Shown: positions 44,162 through 53,866 of the stretch, one piece after another
Layout of the letters: each line of letters begins with the position of its first letter
How positions within the stretch are numbered: the first letter of the stretch is position 1
Assembly (NCBI GenBank): GCA_024639975.1
Contig: JAHEFX010000001.1
Coordinates: forward strand, 1,460 to 65,459
Source of the DNA: a bacterium
GTDB lineage: Bacteria > Actinomycetota > Acidimicrobiia > Spongiisociales > JAENVV01
DNA length: 64,000 nt
Direction: 5' to 3'
Notes under the pieces: model-generated
The model's database searches: none
What the model was told of the DNA's origin: nothing
The model's input: only the letters and a program-made list of their open reading frames with translations
Program-made: the position numbers and the translations under genes

Positions 44162-45160
44162 CTACGGCGTGATCGGTCCCCATCGAGATTCGTCGACCGA
44201 GACGACCCGGTGGGAGCCCGACAGGCCCTTGAGGGAGACCATGCGCGGGGACTCGAAGACCAGGCCCTCGGAGGTCCCGATGAGTTCCTCGACCACGGCG
44301 GAGGCGAGGATCTCCCCACCTTCGGCGATCGAGGCAACGCGTGCCGCCTTGTTCACCGTGACCCCGAGGAGGTCGCCCTCATCCCGGACGACTTCGCCGG
44401 CATGCATCCCGGTTCGGACGGTGAACGCTTGCCCGGTCGACTCCCGAATCGCCAGGGCGGCCCGCGCCGCCGAGCGAGCGGACCTGAAGGCAAGCATCGC
44501 GCCATCGCCCATCATCTTCACGACCGTGCCGTGGTGCCGGTCGGTGATCCGACGGATGTCCGCCTCGTGGTCCTTCCACAGCTTGATCCAGTTGGCATCG
44601 CCCATCTGCTCGGTCAGCACGGTCGAGTCCACGATGTCCGTGATCACGATCGTGGAGGTGCCCCTGGCCCGGTCCAGCGTCCCCAGCGCCCCGGTGTCCT
44701 CGGCGACCGCGTTGAGTAGGCCGTCAATCGTCGTCGTCAGCTCGACACCGAACGCCCGGACGTTGGGCGTGGGGATGGACGAGTGCCATTGGATGACCCG
44801 CCAGGCTCCCGCCTCCAACACGAGAACGGCCGTCGCCCGGAGGCGGACGCCGCCTCCCGGCGAGTCGACGGTCAGGAGCACCGATGCCCAGCCGACGTTG
44901 CCGTCCTCGAATGCATCGACCCGCTCGAGTGTCGCCTCGGACTGGTCCCAATCCTGCGCCACCAGCTCCTCCGCCTGCACCTGGCGCACTCGCAAGAACG
45001 ATTCCGCGCTCTCCCAGAACTCATCTGCATCCGTTCCGATCGCCCTGAAGGGCGCAGTCCTCGATATCTGGTTCGAGTACGTGTCGAAGTCCCTGGCTGC
45101 CCACGCCTCGCCGATGCGACGGATGACCGAGGCGATCTCGGGTGACTCACGAACAGCCAT
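44162..45160 (-). CDS. Class III adenylate/guanylate cyclase with N-terminal NTF2/SnoaL-like domain
   Basis: C-terminal CYC domain (…TIVITDIVDSTVLTEQMGD…VKMMGDGAMLAF…GMHAGEVV…TVNKAARV…). N-terminal ~140 aa is SnoaL/NTF2-like (VIRRIGEAWAARDFDTY…). Confidence 0.7.
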   Translation of the reverse strand: MAVRESPEIASVIRRIGEAWAARDFDTYSNQISRTAPFRAIGTDADEFWESAESFLRVRQVQAEELVAQDWDQSEATLERVDAFEDGNVGWASVLLTVDSPGGGVRLRATAVLVLEAGAWRVIQWHSSIPTPNVRAFGVELTTTIDGLLNAVAEDTGALGTLDRARGTSTIVITDIVDSTVLTEQMGDANWIKLWKDHEADIRRITDRHHGTVVKMMGDGAMLAFRSARSAARAALAIRESTGQAFTVRTGMHAGEVVRDEGDLLGVTVNKAARVASIAEGGEILASAVVEELIGTSEGLVFESPRMVSLKGLSGSHRVVSVDESRWGPITP

Positions 45161-45224
45161 GGGCCGACACTAGGGAGTGCCCCGGCCCGAACGGGTGCCG
45201 AGTGCTCTACCCTCACGCACCGTC

Positions 45225-45617
45225 ATGCCGAGACGGATCCTCATCGCCAAACCGGGCCTCGACGGCCACGACCGGGGTGCCAAGGTCATTGCCCGGGCGC
45301 TGCGCGATGCCGGGAACGAGGTGATCTACACCGGACTCCACCAGACGCCCGGCCAGATCGTCGAGGCGGCCTCGCAGGAGGATGTCGACGCCATCGGGCT
45401 CTCCGTGCTCTCCGGCGCCCACAACACCTTGTTCCCGAAGGTCGTCGAGCTCCTCCGCGCCCGGGACATGGCCGACGTCCTCGTCTTCGGCGGCGGCATC
45501 ATCCCCGAGACCGACATCCCCGGCCTCAAGGAGGCCGGTCTCGCCGAGGTCTTCACCCCCGGCACACCCCTCACCACGATCACCGACTGGGTCGAGACGA
45601 ACGTCCAGGCCCACTGA
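45225..45617 (+). CDS. Cobalamin (B12)-binding domain protein, methylmalonyl-CoA-mutase C-terminal-domain-like
   Basis: [34 protein letters not shown] (DxHxxG B12-binding motif) and GLSVLSGAH…VFGGGIIP. Start at the internal ATG 45225. Confidence 0.7.
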   Translation: MPRRILIAKPGLDGHDRGAKVIARALRDAGNEVIYTGLHQTPGQIVEAASQEDVDAIGLSVLSGAHNTLFPKVVELLRARDMADVLVFGGGIIPETDIPGLKEAGLAEVFTPGTPLTTITDWVETNVQAH

Positions 45618-45635
45618 GCCACCACCGGAGCAGTC

Positions 45636-46859
45636 ATGAAGATCCACGAGTACCAAGCCAAGGAACTGATGGCCGGCCGGGGCATCCCCGTTCCGCTCGG
45701 AAGGATGGTCACCACGGTCGAGGAGGCCAGGGCCGCCGTGGCACCCCTCATCGGCGAGAGCGGGAACCCGGTGGTGGTCGTCAAGAGTCAGATCCACGCC
45801 GGTGGTCGTGGCAAGGGCCGGTTCGTGGAGCACCCGGACCTCGGTGGCGTCACCGTCGTGACGGACGGCATCTCCGGTGGCGTCGGGGCAGCCGAGGAAG
45901 CCGTGGCCGGACTCGCCGAGCAGATGCTGGGCTCGACGCTCGTCACCATCCAGACCGGCTCCGAGGGCAAGGTCGTCAACCGCCTCTACATCGAGCAGGG
46001 GATCGACATCGACCGTGAGCTCTACCTCTCGGTGCTGCTGGACCGCGCTCGCTCCCGACACATCGTGATGGCTTCCACCGAGGGCGGCACCGAGATCGAG
46101 GTCGTCGCCGAGGAGACCCCCGAAAAGATCCTGAAAGAGGAGATCGACCCGGCCGTCGGCCTCCTCCCCTTCCAGGCCGCACGCCTCGCTGCCGGCCTCG
46201 GCCTCGAGGGCGACGCCGGCAAGAACGGCGCACGGTTCATGAGCGCCCTCGCCGAGGCAGCAGTCGACTGGGACTCCGACCTCATCGAGATCAACCCGCT
46301 CGTCGTCACCACCGAAGGCGCCGTCATGGCGCTCGACGGGAAGATGGGCTTCGACTCGAACGCCCTCTTCCGGCACCCGGATGTGGAGGCGATGCGCGAC
46401 GAGTCGGAGGAGGACCCGGCCGAGCTGGAGGCCTCCGAGTTCGACCTGTCGTTCATCTCCCTCGACGGGACCATCGGATGCATGGTCAACGGCGCCGGTC
46501 TCGCCATGGCGACGATGGACGTCATCAAGTACGTGGGCGGCGAGCCGGCCAACTTCCTCGACGTGGGCGGTGGCGCCACGGCCGACAAGGTCACGGCGGC
46601 ATTCAAGATCATCACCAAGGACCCGAACGTGAAGGGCATCTTCGTGAACATCTTCGGTGGGATCATGCGGTGCGACACGATTGCGACCGGCGTGGTCCAG
46701 GCCGTCCAAGAGGTCGGGCTCGAGGTGCCGCTGGTCGTCCGGCTGGAGGGCACGAACGTCGAGCTCGGACGCCAGATCATCGCCGAGTCGGGCCTGAACG
46801 TCGTCACCGCCGACGACATGAAGGACGGGGCCGCCAAGATCGTGGAGCTGAGCGCATGA
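45636..46859 (+). CDS. sucC: Succinyl-CoA synthetase beta subunit
   Basis: [13 protein letters not shown]-terminus, ATP-grasp fold, and C-terminal CoA-ligase domain with GGIMRCD. 407 aa. Confidence 0.9.
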   Translation: MKIHEYQAKELMAGRGIPVPLGRMVTTVEEARAAVAPLIGESGNPVVVVKSQIHAGGRGKGRFVEHPDLGGVTVVTDGISGGVGAAEEAVAGLAEQMLGSTLVTIQTGSEGKVVNRLYIEQGIDIDRELYLSVLLDRARSRHIVMASTEGGTEIEVVAEETPEKILKEEIDPAVGLLPFQAARLAAGLGLEGDAGKNGARFMSALAEAAVDWDSDLIEINPLVVTTEGAVMALDGKMGFDSNALFRHPDVEAMRDESEEDPAELEASEFDLSFISLDGTIGCMVNGAGLAMATMDVIKYVGGEPANFLDVGGGATADKVTAAFKIITKDPNVKGIFVNIFGGIMRCDTIATGVVQAVQEVGLEVPLVVRLEGTNVELGRQIIAESGLNVVTADDMKDGAAKIVELSA

Positions 46860-47794
46860 GCGTGCTGATCGACAAAGACACCAAGGTCATCGTCCAGGGC
46901 ATGGGCCGCACCGGCCAGTTCCATGCGGACAAGTCCATCGCCTACGGCACGAATATCGTGGGCGGTGTCCACCCGTCGAAGGCGGGGACGACCCTGTCGT
47001 TCTCCGGTGAGACCGACCACTCGGGCGTCCCCGGCCGTCCGGACACCTATGAGGTGGAGGTGCCCATCTTCGGCACCGTCCGAGATGCCAAGAAGACGAC
47101 GGGCGCCGATGCGACCGTCGTCTTCGTCCCGCCGCCGTTCGCCGCCGACGCGATCATGGAAGCCGCCGAGGCAGGCATCGAGCTGATCATCTGCGTGACC
47201 GAGGGGATCCCCGTCAACGACATGGTGCGAGCCAAGCGGTACCTGGAGGACAAGCCGGTCCGCCTCGTCGGACCCAACTGCCCCGGTGTGATCACGCCCA
47301 AGGAGTGCCGGATCGGGATCATGCCCGGCTACATCCACACGCCGGGTCGGATCGGGGTGGTCTCCCGCTCGGGCACCCTCACCTACGAGGCGGTCCACCA
47401 GCTCACCAACAACGGGCTCGGTCAGACGACCGCCATCGGTATCGGCGGTGACCCGGTCAACGGCACCAACTTCATCGACTGCCTGGCGTTGTTCAACGAC
47501 GACCCCGAGACCGAGGGCGTCATCATGATCGGTGAGATCGGCGGCACGGCCGAGGAAGAGGCCGCTGCCTGGATCACCGAGAACATGACCAAGCCGGTTG
47601 CTGGGTTCATCGCCGGCACCACCGCGCCTCCTGGAAAGCGGATGGGGCACGCCGGGGCAATCATCTCGGGAGGGATGGGGACCGCCGACGCCAAGATCGC
47701 CGCTCTCGAGGCGGCGGGCGTGGTGGTGGCACCCACCCCGACCGACATGGGATCGGCGATGTTGGAGGCGCTGGAGAAGGCCGGCATCTCCTGA
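46856..47794 (+). CDS. sucD: Succinyl-CoA synthetase alpha subunit
   Basis: ATG 46856 overlaps the sucC TGA (ATGA). [25 protein letters not shown], and the active-site His region GHAGAII. Confidence 0.9.
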   Translation: MSVLIDKDTKVIVQGMGRTGQFHADKSIAYGTNIVGGVHPSKAGTTLSFSGETDHSGVPGRPDTYEVEVPIFGTVRDAKKTTGADATVVFVPPPFAADAIMEAAEAGIELIICVTEGIPVNDMVRAKRYLEDKPVRLVGPNCPGVITPKECRIGIMPGYIHTPGRIGVVSRSGTLTYEAVHQLTNNGLGQTTAIGIGGDPVNGTNFIDCLALFNDDPETEGVIMIGEIGGTAEEEAAAWITENMTKPVAGFIAGTTAPPGKRMGHAGAIISGGMGTADAKIAALEAAGVVVAPTPTDMGSAMLEALEKAGIS

Positions 47795-47922
47795 GCGGGC
47801 TGCTCTCGGCCGTTGCCCTCGGCGTCGGATCCGGGCTGGCCCCCGGCCCGCTCCACTCCCTCATCCTGACCACGGCGCTCGAGCGGGGTCCGCGGGCGGG
47901 CGTCCGCGTCGCTTTCGCCCCG

Positions 47923-48387
47923 TTGTTGTCCGACATCGTCCCGGTGACCGTCTCCCTCGTGGCGGCGTCTCTCATGGACGACACGGCCGTGCGGGTCGTC
48001 TCGGTGGTCGGGGGCTTGGCCCTCGTCACGATGGCGCTGCGGTCGCTCCGGGAGCAGCCGGAACAGGCACCGCGTCGGTCGGCGTCGGGCGACTACCTGC
48101 GTGGCGCGGTGACGAACATCCTCAACCCGAACGCCTGGATCTTCTGGCTCGGCGCCGGGGCGCCGCTCCTGGCCGGCGTCTTCGAGGACGGCGCCTGGGC
48201 AGGAGCTGGGTGGGTGGGGCTGTTCTACCTCGGCCTCGTCGGCACCAAGGTCGTGTTCGCCGTCGCCGTTGGACGAGCGGGCGAGATGCTCGGCGAACGT
48301 GCCTTGCGCAGCCTGACGATCGCGTCGGTCGTCCTGATGGCGGGTGTCGGCGTGTGGTTGGTCGTCGAGGGCCTACGGGGCCAGTAG
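47923..48387 (+). CDS. LysE/RhtB-family amino-acid exporter (N-terminus unresolved)
   Basis: The in-frame translation upstream of the track TTG start continues as [33 protein letters not shown]… (the typical LysE N-terminal motif) right from the sucD stop at 47792-47794. No ATG/GTG/TTG is available there. So either a non-canonical start (CTG 47791) is used or the gene is 5'-truncated. Confidence 0.5.
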   Translation: MLSDIVPVTVSLVAASLMDDTAVRVVSVVGGLALVTMALRSLREQPEQAPRRSASGDYLRGAVTNILNPNAWIFWLGAGAPLLAGVFEDGAWAGAGWVGLFYLGLVGTKVVFAVAVGRAGEMLGERALRSLTIASVVLMAGVGVWLVVEGLRGQ

Positions 48388-48786
48388 CTCGAGCCGCTCG
48401 GAGAACACGGTGTCGCCGGCCAGCCAGGCGTCGACCGGCACCACGAGGCGGGAACCGTTCCAGCACCCGTCCTCGGCTCCGGGGATCGGGGCGCAGAGCC
48501 GTGCCACGGTCTGGGCGGAGGCGATCGTCACCGTGCGGCCGGCATCGATGGCTGCCCCCACACAGTCGGCGTCGAGGCCGAGTCCTTCCTCGATCCCGAC
48601 CGACTCGCCGGTGATGCGACCGGTGGGGTCCCGGTCCCCGGTGGTGCAGCGGGCTCCGACGGACTCGGAGACGGTCGGGGCGACGACCACGCGCTCTTCT
48701 GCCGTTTCCGACGACGCGGAAGCGGTATTGAGGCTGTAGACGGCGCCGATGGCGATGAGTGCGACGAGGGCGAGGACGGTGCGCAC
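48373..48786 (-). CDS. Hypothetical exported/membrane-anchored protein
   Basis: GTG start gives VRTVLALVALIAIGAVYSLNTASASS (signal anchor). No recognisable family. Cys residues suggest an extracytoplasmic location. Confidence 0.4.
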   Translation of the reverse strand: MRTVLALVALIAIGAVYSLNTASASSETAEERVVVAPTVSESVGARCTTGDRDPTGRITGESVGIEEGLGLDADCVGAAIDAGRTVTIASAQTVARLCAPIPGAEDGCWNGSRLVVPVDAWLAGDTVFSERLELLAP

Positions 48787-48823
48787 GTCGCGCAGCGTAC
48801 CGCTGCCCGCGGGTTGTCTGGAA

Positions 48824-49867
48824 TCATTCCAGATTGGCGGGCCGGGTTCGTTCGGCGAGGCGTTCACGAACCCCGGTACGGAGCGATGACGGTCCGAAGA
48901 TGACTTCCGAGGCGGCGCGGCCGATCTCGTGGAAGTCGGACGGTTCCCAGGCGAACGTCGTCGCCAGGAGGCGGTACTCGCCGGACATCGATGTCCGGCT
49001 CATGAGCCGGTTGTCCGGGCTCACCGTCACCACGAACCCAGCCCTGCGCAGCAGGTCGATGGGGTGGTCGACCACGGCCATCCCGGTCGTGTGCGTGTTG
49101 GAGATGGGGCAGACCTCGAGGGGGATCCGACCTTCGTGGACCCGGCGTGCGATCGGACCCAGATCGACGATCTCGCCGTCCGACACGGTGCAGTCGTCGA
49201 TGACCCGGAACCCGTGTCCGATTCGCTGGGCGCCGCAGTCGAGGGCGTCGAGGATCGACCGCGGCCCAGCCGCCTCGCCGGCATGGATGGTCAGGCCCAG
49301 GCCGGCCCCGAGCACCGTGTCACATGCCTTCCGATGTCGGCTCGCCGGGTGCCCGGCCTCCGGACCCGCCAGGTCGAACCCGACGACGCCGAGGTCGGCG
49401 GCGGCGATCGCCACCTCGGCCGCAGCGGCGGAGTCGGATTCCTGGCGCATGGCGTCGACGATGAGCCCCCAGGTGGTCCCGGTCTGGGCCTCGGCTCGAC
49501 GGAACCCCGCCACCGCCGCTGCGATTGCATCGGAACGACTCATCGAACCCTTGGTGAGCAAGGAGGGGGCGAACCGCGACTCGAGGTGGATGACACCGTC
49601 GGAAGCGGCGTCGACCAACGACTCGTAGGCGACCCGTTCCACCGCCTCGGGGTGCTGCATCACACCCACGGTGTGGTCGAAGGCCTCGAGGTACCGCTCG
49701 AGTGATCCGGAGAGGCCCTGGTCGAACCATTGCTCGAGGGCGTCGACGTCGCTGGTGGGGAGCTTCGCGTATCCGTACTCGGCTGCCAGCTCGACGATCG
49801 TGGCCGGCCGCAAACCCCCATCGAGGTGGTCGTGCAGCACCACCTTCGGGAGCGATGCGAAGTCCAT
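48824..49867 (-). CDS. add: Adenosine deaminase
   Basis: PKVVLHDHLDGGLRP (metal-binding HxH) and TIHAGE…VSPDN regions of the adenosine deaminase fold. 347 aa. Confidence 0.85.
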   Translation of the reverse strand: MDFASLPKVVLHDHLDGGLRPATIVELAAEYGYAKLPTSDVDALEQWFDQGLSGSLERYLEAFDHTVGVMQHPEAVERVAYESLVDAASDGVIHLESRFAPSLLTKGSMSRSDAIAAAVAGFRRAEAQTGTTWGLIVDAMRQESDSAAAAEVAIAAADLGVVGFDLAGPEAGHPASRHRKACDTVLGAGLGLTIHAGEAAGPRSILDALDCGAQRIGHGFRVIDDCTVSDGEIVDLGPIARRVHEGRIPLEVCPISNTHTTGMAVVDHPIDLLRRAGFVVTVSPDNRLMSRTSMSGEYRLLATTFAWEPSDFHEIGRAASEVIFGPSSLRTGVRERLAERTRPANLE

Positions 49868-49927
49868 GCACGGACGCTAGGCGGTCGCGGTGGCGAGGGA
49901 TCCGGCCGGTCCTAGGCTGCCGCCCGC

Positions 49928-50539
49928 ATGCGCATCGCCGTTCTCGTCTCCGGATCCGGTTCCAACCTGCAGGCCATCATCGATGCCGCCGCAGCCGACC
50001 CGACCTTCCCTGCCGAGATCGCCCTCGTCCTCTCCGACCGCCCGGGGGTCCGGGGTCTCGAGCGGGCCGAAGCGGCGGGTATCCCGACGCAGGTCGTGGC
50101 TTGGTCCGACCACGCCGATCGCCTCGCCTTCACGGAGGCTGTCTGCGATGCCGTCGAGGCATCGGACGCCGAGGGCCTGGTCCTCGCAGGCTTCATGCGG
50201 ATCCTGTCCGCGGAAGCGGTCCATCGGTTCCCGAACCGCATCCTCAACATCCACCCCTCGCTGCTCCCCGCCTTCGCCGGCGGGCATGCCATCCCCGACG
50301 CCCTGGCCTACGGGGCGAAGCTGTCAGGCGTGACGATCCACTTCGTCGACGAACAGGTGGACCATGGCCCGATCATCGCCCAGCAGGCGGTGCCCGTCGC
50401 CGATGACGACACGGAGGCGACGCTGCACGCCCGAATCCAGGCCGTCGAGCACGAGTTGTACCCCAGGGCCGTCGCCGATTTCGCCGCCGGGCGGCTGGTC
50501 GTCGACGGTCGACACGTCCGGATCCAGGAGCCCTTGTGA
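49928..50539 (+). CDS. purN: Phosphoribosylglycinamide formyltransferase
   Basis: RIAVLVSGSGSNLQAI, NIHPSLLPAF, and the catalytic Asp region VTIHFVDEQVDHGPII. 203 aa. Confidence 0.9.
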   Translation: MRIAVLVSGSGSNLQAIIDAAAADPTFPAEIALVLSDRPGVRGLERAEAAGIPTQVVAWSDHADRLAFTEAVCDAVEASDAEGLVLAGFMRILSAEAVHRFPNRILNIHPSLLPAFAGGHAIPDALAYGAKLSGVTIHFVDEQVDHGPIIAQQAVPVADDDTEATLHARIQAVEHELYPRAVADFAAGRLVVDGRHVRIQEPL

Positions 50540-52059
50540 CCCGTCAACCAGTCCGCACCGCCTTGCTCAGCGTCTCCGACAAGACCGGCCTGGTCCCGTT
50601 CGCCCAGAGGCTCGTCGACGCCGGGGTCCGAATCATCTCGTCCGGCGGCACCGCCAGGGCTCTGCGGGACGCCGGCCTTCCCGTGATGGGCGTCGGCGAC
50701 CTGACCGGCGCCCCCGAAATGCTCGGCGGCAGGGTGAAGACCTTGCACCCGATCGTTCACGGCGGGATCCTCGCCGACCTGGGTGACGAGCAGCACCGGG
50801 CCGACCTCGCCGCTCGCGGGATCGATCCGATCGGGCTCGTGGTGGTGAACCTCTACCCGTTCGTCGAGACGGTGTCCCGGGACGGGGTGACCCACGCCGA
50901 GGCCGTCGAGAACATCGATATCGGCGGGCCGACGATGGTGCGCGCGGCGGCAAAGAACCACGCCTGGGTCGGGGTGGTGACCTCACCCGACCGCTATGAC
51001 GAGGTGGCGACGGCCGTCGAAGCCGGCGGACTCGACGACGACCTCCGATACGAGCTCGCCCGGGAAGCCTTCTTCCACACCGCCTCCTACGACGCGGCCA
51101 TCGTCGACTGGTTCGAACGGGAGTCGACTCCGGCCGCCAACCGGGCGATCGCCATCCACCGGGCCGCCGAGCTCAGGTATGGCGAGAACCCGCACCAGGA
51201 GGCTGCGCTCTACGGCGAGGTGGGCGGGTCCGGCTGGTGGGCCGACGCCGAACAACTCCAGGGCAAGCAGATGAGCTTCAACAACTACCTCGACACCGAC
51301 GCGGCCTGGCGGATGGTGCATGAGTTCGACGGACCTGCCGTTGCGATCATCAAGCACGCCAACCCGTGTGGTCTGGCTGTAGCCGACGGGCTCGCCGATG
51401 CCTTCACCGCTGCATGGGACTGTGACCCCCTCTCGGCCTTCGGCGGCATCGTTGCGCTCAATCGCCCGCTCGACGCCGGCACCGCCGCCCGAATCGCCGC
51501 CGCCGGGTTCGTCGAGGTCGTGATCGCGCCGTCGATCGAGGACGCCGGCCCACTGTCGGGCAAGAAGAACCTGCGGGTGATCGCTGCACCGGCCCCCGAT
51601 CCCTCGGATCCCGACCTGCGACGCATCGATGGCGGGTTCGTCATCCAGGACCGTGATTCGGTGACCGTCGACGATGGGTGGACCGTCGTGTCCGAACGTC
51701 AGCCGACCGACGCCGAGATGGCCGACCTACGGTTCGCCTGGGTGGTGTGTGCGCACACGAAGTCCAACGCCATCGTGATCGCCAAGGACGGCGCCGCCAT
51801 CGGTGTGGGTGCCGGTGACCAGAGTCGGGTCGGCGCATCGGAGCGGGCCGTCGCCCGCGCCGGGGAGCGTTCGGCCGGTGCCGTTGCCGCATCCGACGCG
51901 TTCTTCCCGTTCCGGGACGGGATCGAGGCGCTCGCCGACGTCGGCGTCACCGCCGTGATCGAACCGGGCGGTTCGGTGCGGGACGAGGAGGTCATCGCCG
52001 CAGCCAATGAAGCCGGCGTCGCCCTCGTCTTCACCGGGAAGCGCCACTTCAAGCACTGA
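50536..52059 (+). CDS. purH: Bifunctional AICAR transformylase / IMP cyclohydrolase
   Basis: GTG start overlaps the purN TGA. MGS-like N-terminus ALLSVSDKTGLV…SSGGTA, and AICARFT C-terminal domain ending KRHFKH. Confidence 0.9.
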   Translation: MTRQPVRTALLSVSDKTGLVPFAQRLVDAGVRIISSGGTARALRDAGLPVMGVGDLTGAPEMLGGRVKTLHPIVHGGILADLGDEQHRADLAARGIDPIGLVVVNLYPFVETVSRDGVTHAEAVENIDIGGPTMVRAAAKNHAWVGVVTSPDRYDEVATAVEAGGLDDDLRYELAREAFFHTASYDAAIVDWFERESTPAANRAIAIHRAAELRYGENPHQEAALYGEVGGSGWWADAEQLQGKQMSFNNYLDTDAAWRMVHEFDGPAVAIIKHANPCGLAVADGLADAFTAAWDCDPLSAFGGIVALNRPLDAGTAARIAAAGFVEVVIAPSIEDAGPLSGKKNLRVIAAPAPDPSDPDLRRIDGGFVIQDRDSVTVDDGWTVVSERQPTDAEMADLRFAWVVCAHTKSNAIVIAKDGAAIGVGAGDQSRVGASERAVARAGERSAGAVAASDAFFPFRDGIEALADVGVTAVIEPGGSVRDEEVIAAANEAGVALVFTGKRHFKH

Positions 52060-52094
52060 TCCGGATGACTCGGCTCGGCCGAGTGGGCGGTGCG

Positions 52095-52676
52095 TCAGTT
52101 GGATGCCTCTAGGGCCGCGGCCTCGACCCGCCCGCGGTAGTCGGCCCACCAGGCGTCGTCGACAGGGGGCATGTTCTCGCCTCCGAGCCTGAGCCCGACG
52201 GCGCCGTCGATCATCTCGCGGACGATGTCGGCGTGTCCCGCGTGGCGGTGGGTCTCGGTCGTGATGTGCACCAGGATCTGGTGCAGGGTCACGTCGCCCC
52301 TGTCACCCCACCACGGTACGCGGCCCGCGGCGTCGAGGTCGAGCCCGGCGACCGTCCCCTCCGAATGCTCCCAGACCCGCCGATAGAGGTCGATGATCGA
52401 CGCGCTCGACTCGTCGGCCCCGACGAGGAAGTCGTCGTTGAATCCGGCGTCATCGGCGAACCACGGGAACTTCTCCGGGAAGGGCCGGCCGAAGCAGTCA
52501 CCGAGGTAGCCGGCTTCGACGCTGGCGACGTGCTTGACGATTCCGAGGAGATTGGTGCCGGTGGGCGTCATCGGACGCCGCATGTCGTAGTCGGACAGAC
52601 CGTCGAGCTTCCAGAGGAGAGCCTCGCGGGCGACTTGGAGGTAGCGGAGGAGGGTGTTCTTCGGGTCCATGGCCAT
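52095..52676 (-). CDS. DinB/DUF664-family (mycothiol-dependent maleylpyruvate-isomerase-like N-terminal domain) protein
   Basis: Start at the internal MAMDPKN (52676). Four-helix DinB_2-like with conserved His residues (…HVASVEAGYL…HITTETHRHAGHADI…). Confidence 0.55.
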   Translation of the reverse strand: MAMDPKNTLLRYLQVAREALLWKLDGLSDYDMRRPMTPTGTNLLGIVKHVASVEAGYLGDCFGRPFPEKFPWFADDAGFNDDFLVGADESSASIIDLYRRVWEHSEGTVAGLDLDAAGRVPWWGDRGDVTLHQILVHITTETHRHAGHADIVREMIDGAVGLRLGGENMPPVDDAWWADYRGRVEAAALEASN

Positions 52677-52719
52677 GGAACCAGTCTCGCATACCCCTCC
52701 GACCCCTAGGGTGCCGTTG

Positions 52720-53385
52720 ATGGTCGAACAGATGCAGAGATGGACCCTCGGGAGGATGCAGAACCCGGTTCGCGGGTTCCTGCACGGGTCCGCTGCGGTC
52801 CTTTCGGTGGTCGGCATGGGCTTCTTGGTCTGGCGGGCATGGGGAAACGGCTCCGCCTTGGCGGGGGCGATCATCTTCGGGATCTCGCTCGTCGCCATGT
52901 TCACGGTGAGCTCGCTCTTCCACTCGATCGAGTGGCGGGATGCCGTCTGGAAGTGGATGCAGCGGGTCGACCATTCGATGATCTTCCTGCTCGTCGCCGG
53001 GACGATCACCCCGCTCGCCATAGCGACGCTGGACCGGTGGACCCTCGCGCTGGTCCTCGGCTTCGTCTGGGGGATCGCCGTGCTCGGCATCACCTTGAAA
53101 CTGACGCTCCGCTCGCCGGTCACGTGGCTGTCGGTCACTCTCCAGCTGCTGATGGGTTGGTCGGCGATGTTCTGGTTCCCGACCTTCCTCGAGACCCACG
53201 GGTGGTGGGGTGCCTGGCCGGTCATCGCCGGCGGCCTCGCATACACCGTGGGCGTGGTGTTCTACGCCACCCAACGACCCCGCCTGTTCCCCCGCGTGTT
53301 CGCGGCCCACGAGCTCTTCCATGTGCTCGTCGTGGCGGCGTCGGCGCTCCACTGGGTTGCCGTCTTCCGGGTGGTCGCCGCCTAG
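52720..53385 (+). CDS. Hemolysin-III / PAQR-family 7-TM protein
   Basis: HlyIII motifs: HGSAAVLS; SSLFHS…DHSMIFLLVAGTITP; HELFHVLV near the C-terminus. Start at the internal ATG 52720. Confidence 0.7.
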   Translation: MVEQMQRWTLGRMQNPVRGFLHGSAAVLSVVGMGFLVWRAWGNGSALAGAIIFGISLVAMFTVSSLFHSIEWRDAVWKWMQRVDHSMIFLLVAGTITPLAIATLDRWTLALVLGFVWGIAVLGITLKLTLRSPVTWLSVTLQLLMGWSAMFWFPTFLETHGWWGAWPVIAGGLAYTVGVVFYATQRPRLFPRVFAAHELFHVLVVAASALHWVAVFRVVAA

Positions 53386-53389
53386 GCGC

Positions 53390-53782
53390 TCAAGTCCCGA
53401 TGGCGAGCCAGGCGCTCGACAGGCACATGCCCAGCGTGACGATCGCCCAGTAGCGCTCGGCGCTCGACCTCGAAACGGCGTTGGCCAGCGTCCCGATGGC
53501 GAAGAGTCCTGCGAGGACCCAGAGCCACACCGACGACTGCCCCTCCGTCCATCCAAGGACGATGAGGCCCGACGTATCGGCGACGAACAGGGCGATGAGC
53601 GGGTAGAGCAAGAACCCGGCGATGCCGCTGGTCACTCGTTGCCGGGTGGGAAGCACGCCGGGGTTCGTGCCCCCGTACGCAGCTGCGCCCCACGGGGCAC
53701 CGAGCGCCAGCGCCACCTGGAAGATCGTCATCACACCCGCGAAGGCGGCGAAGACGAGGCCCGCGACCTGGTCGGCATCCAT
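53390..53782 (-). CDS. Small 4-TM membrane protein, hypothetical
   Basis: The internal ATG gives MDADQVAGLVFAAFAGVMTIFQVALALGAPWGAAAYGG… with four hydrophobic segments. The rest of the track ORF is shadow. Confidence 0.4.
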   Translation of the reverse strand: MDADQVAGLVFAAFAGVMTIFQVALALGAPWGAAAYGGTNPGVLPTRQRVTSGIAGFLLYPLIALFVADTSGLIVLGWTEGQSSVWLWVLAGLFAIGTLANAVSRSSAERYWAIVTLGMCLSSAWLAIGT

Positions 53783-53866
53783 GGCTCGGAAGCTATCCGA
53801 CGCACGAGGGACGGCGATGATCGTTGTACATCGCAATCTGTCCCACCCTACTGACAAGATGCATGC

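Noticed and set aside
44162-45160. Linking the NTF2-cyclase functionally to the adjacent B12-binding protein and sucCD
   Set aside because: The genes are on opposite strands with no operon structure. Adjacency alone is insufficient.
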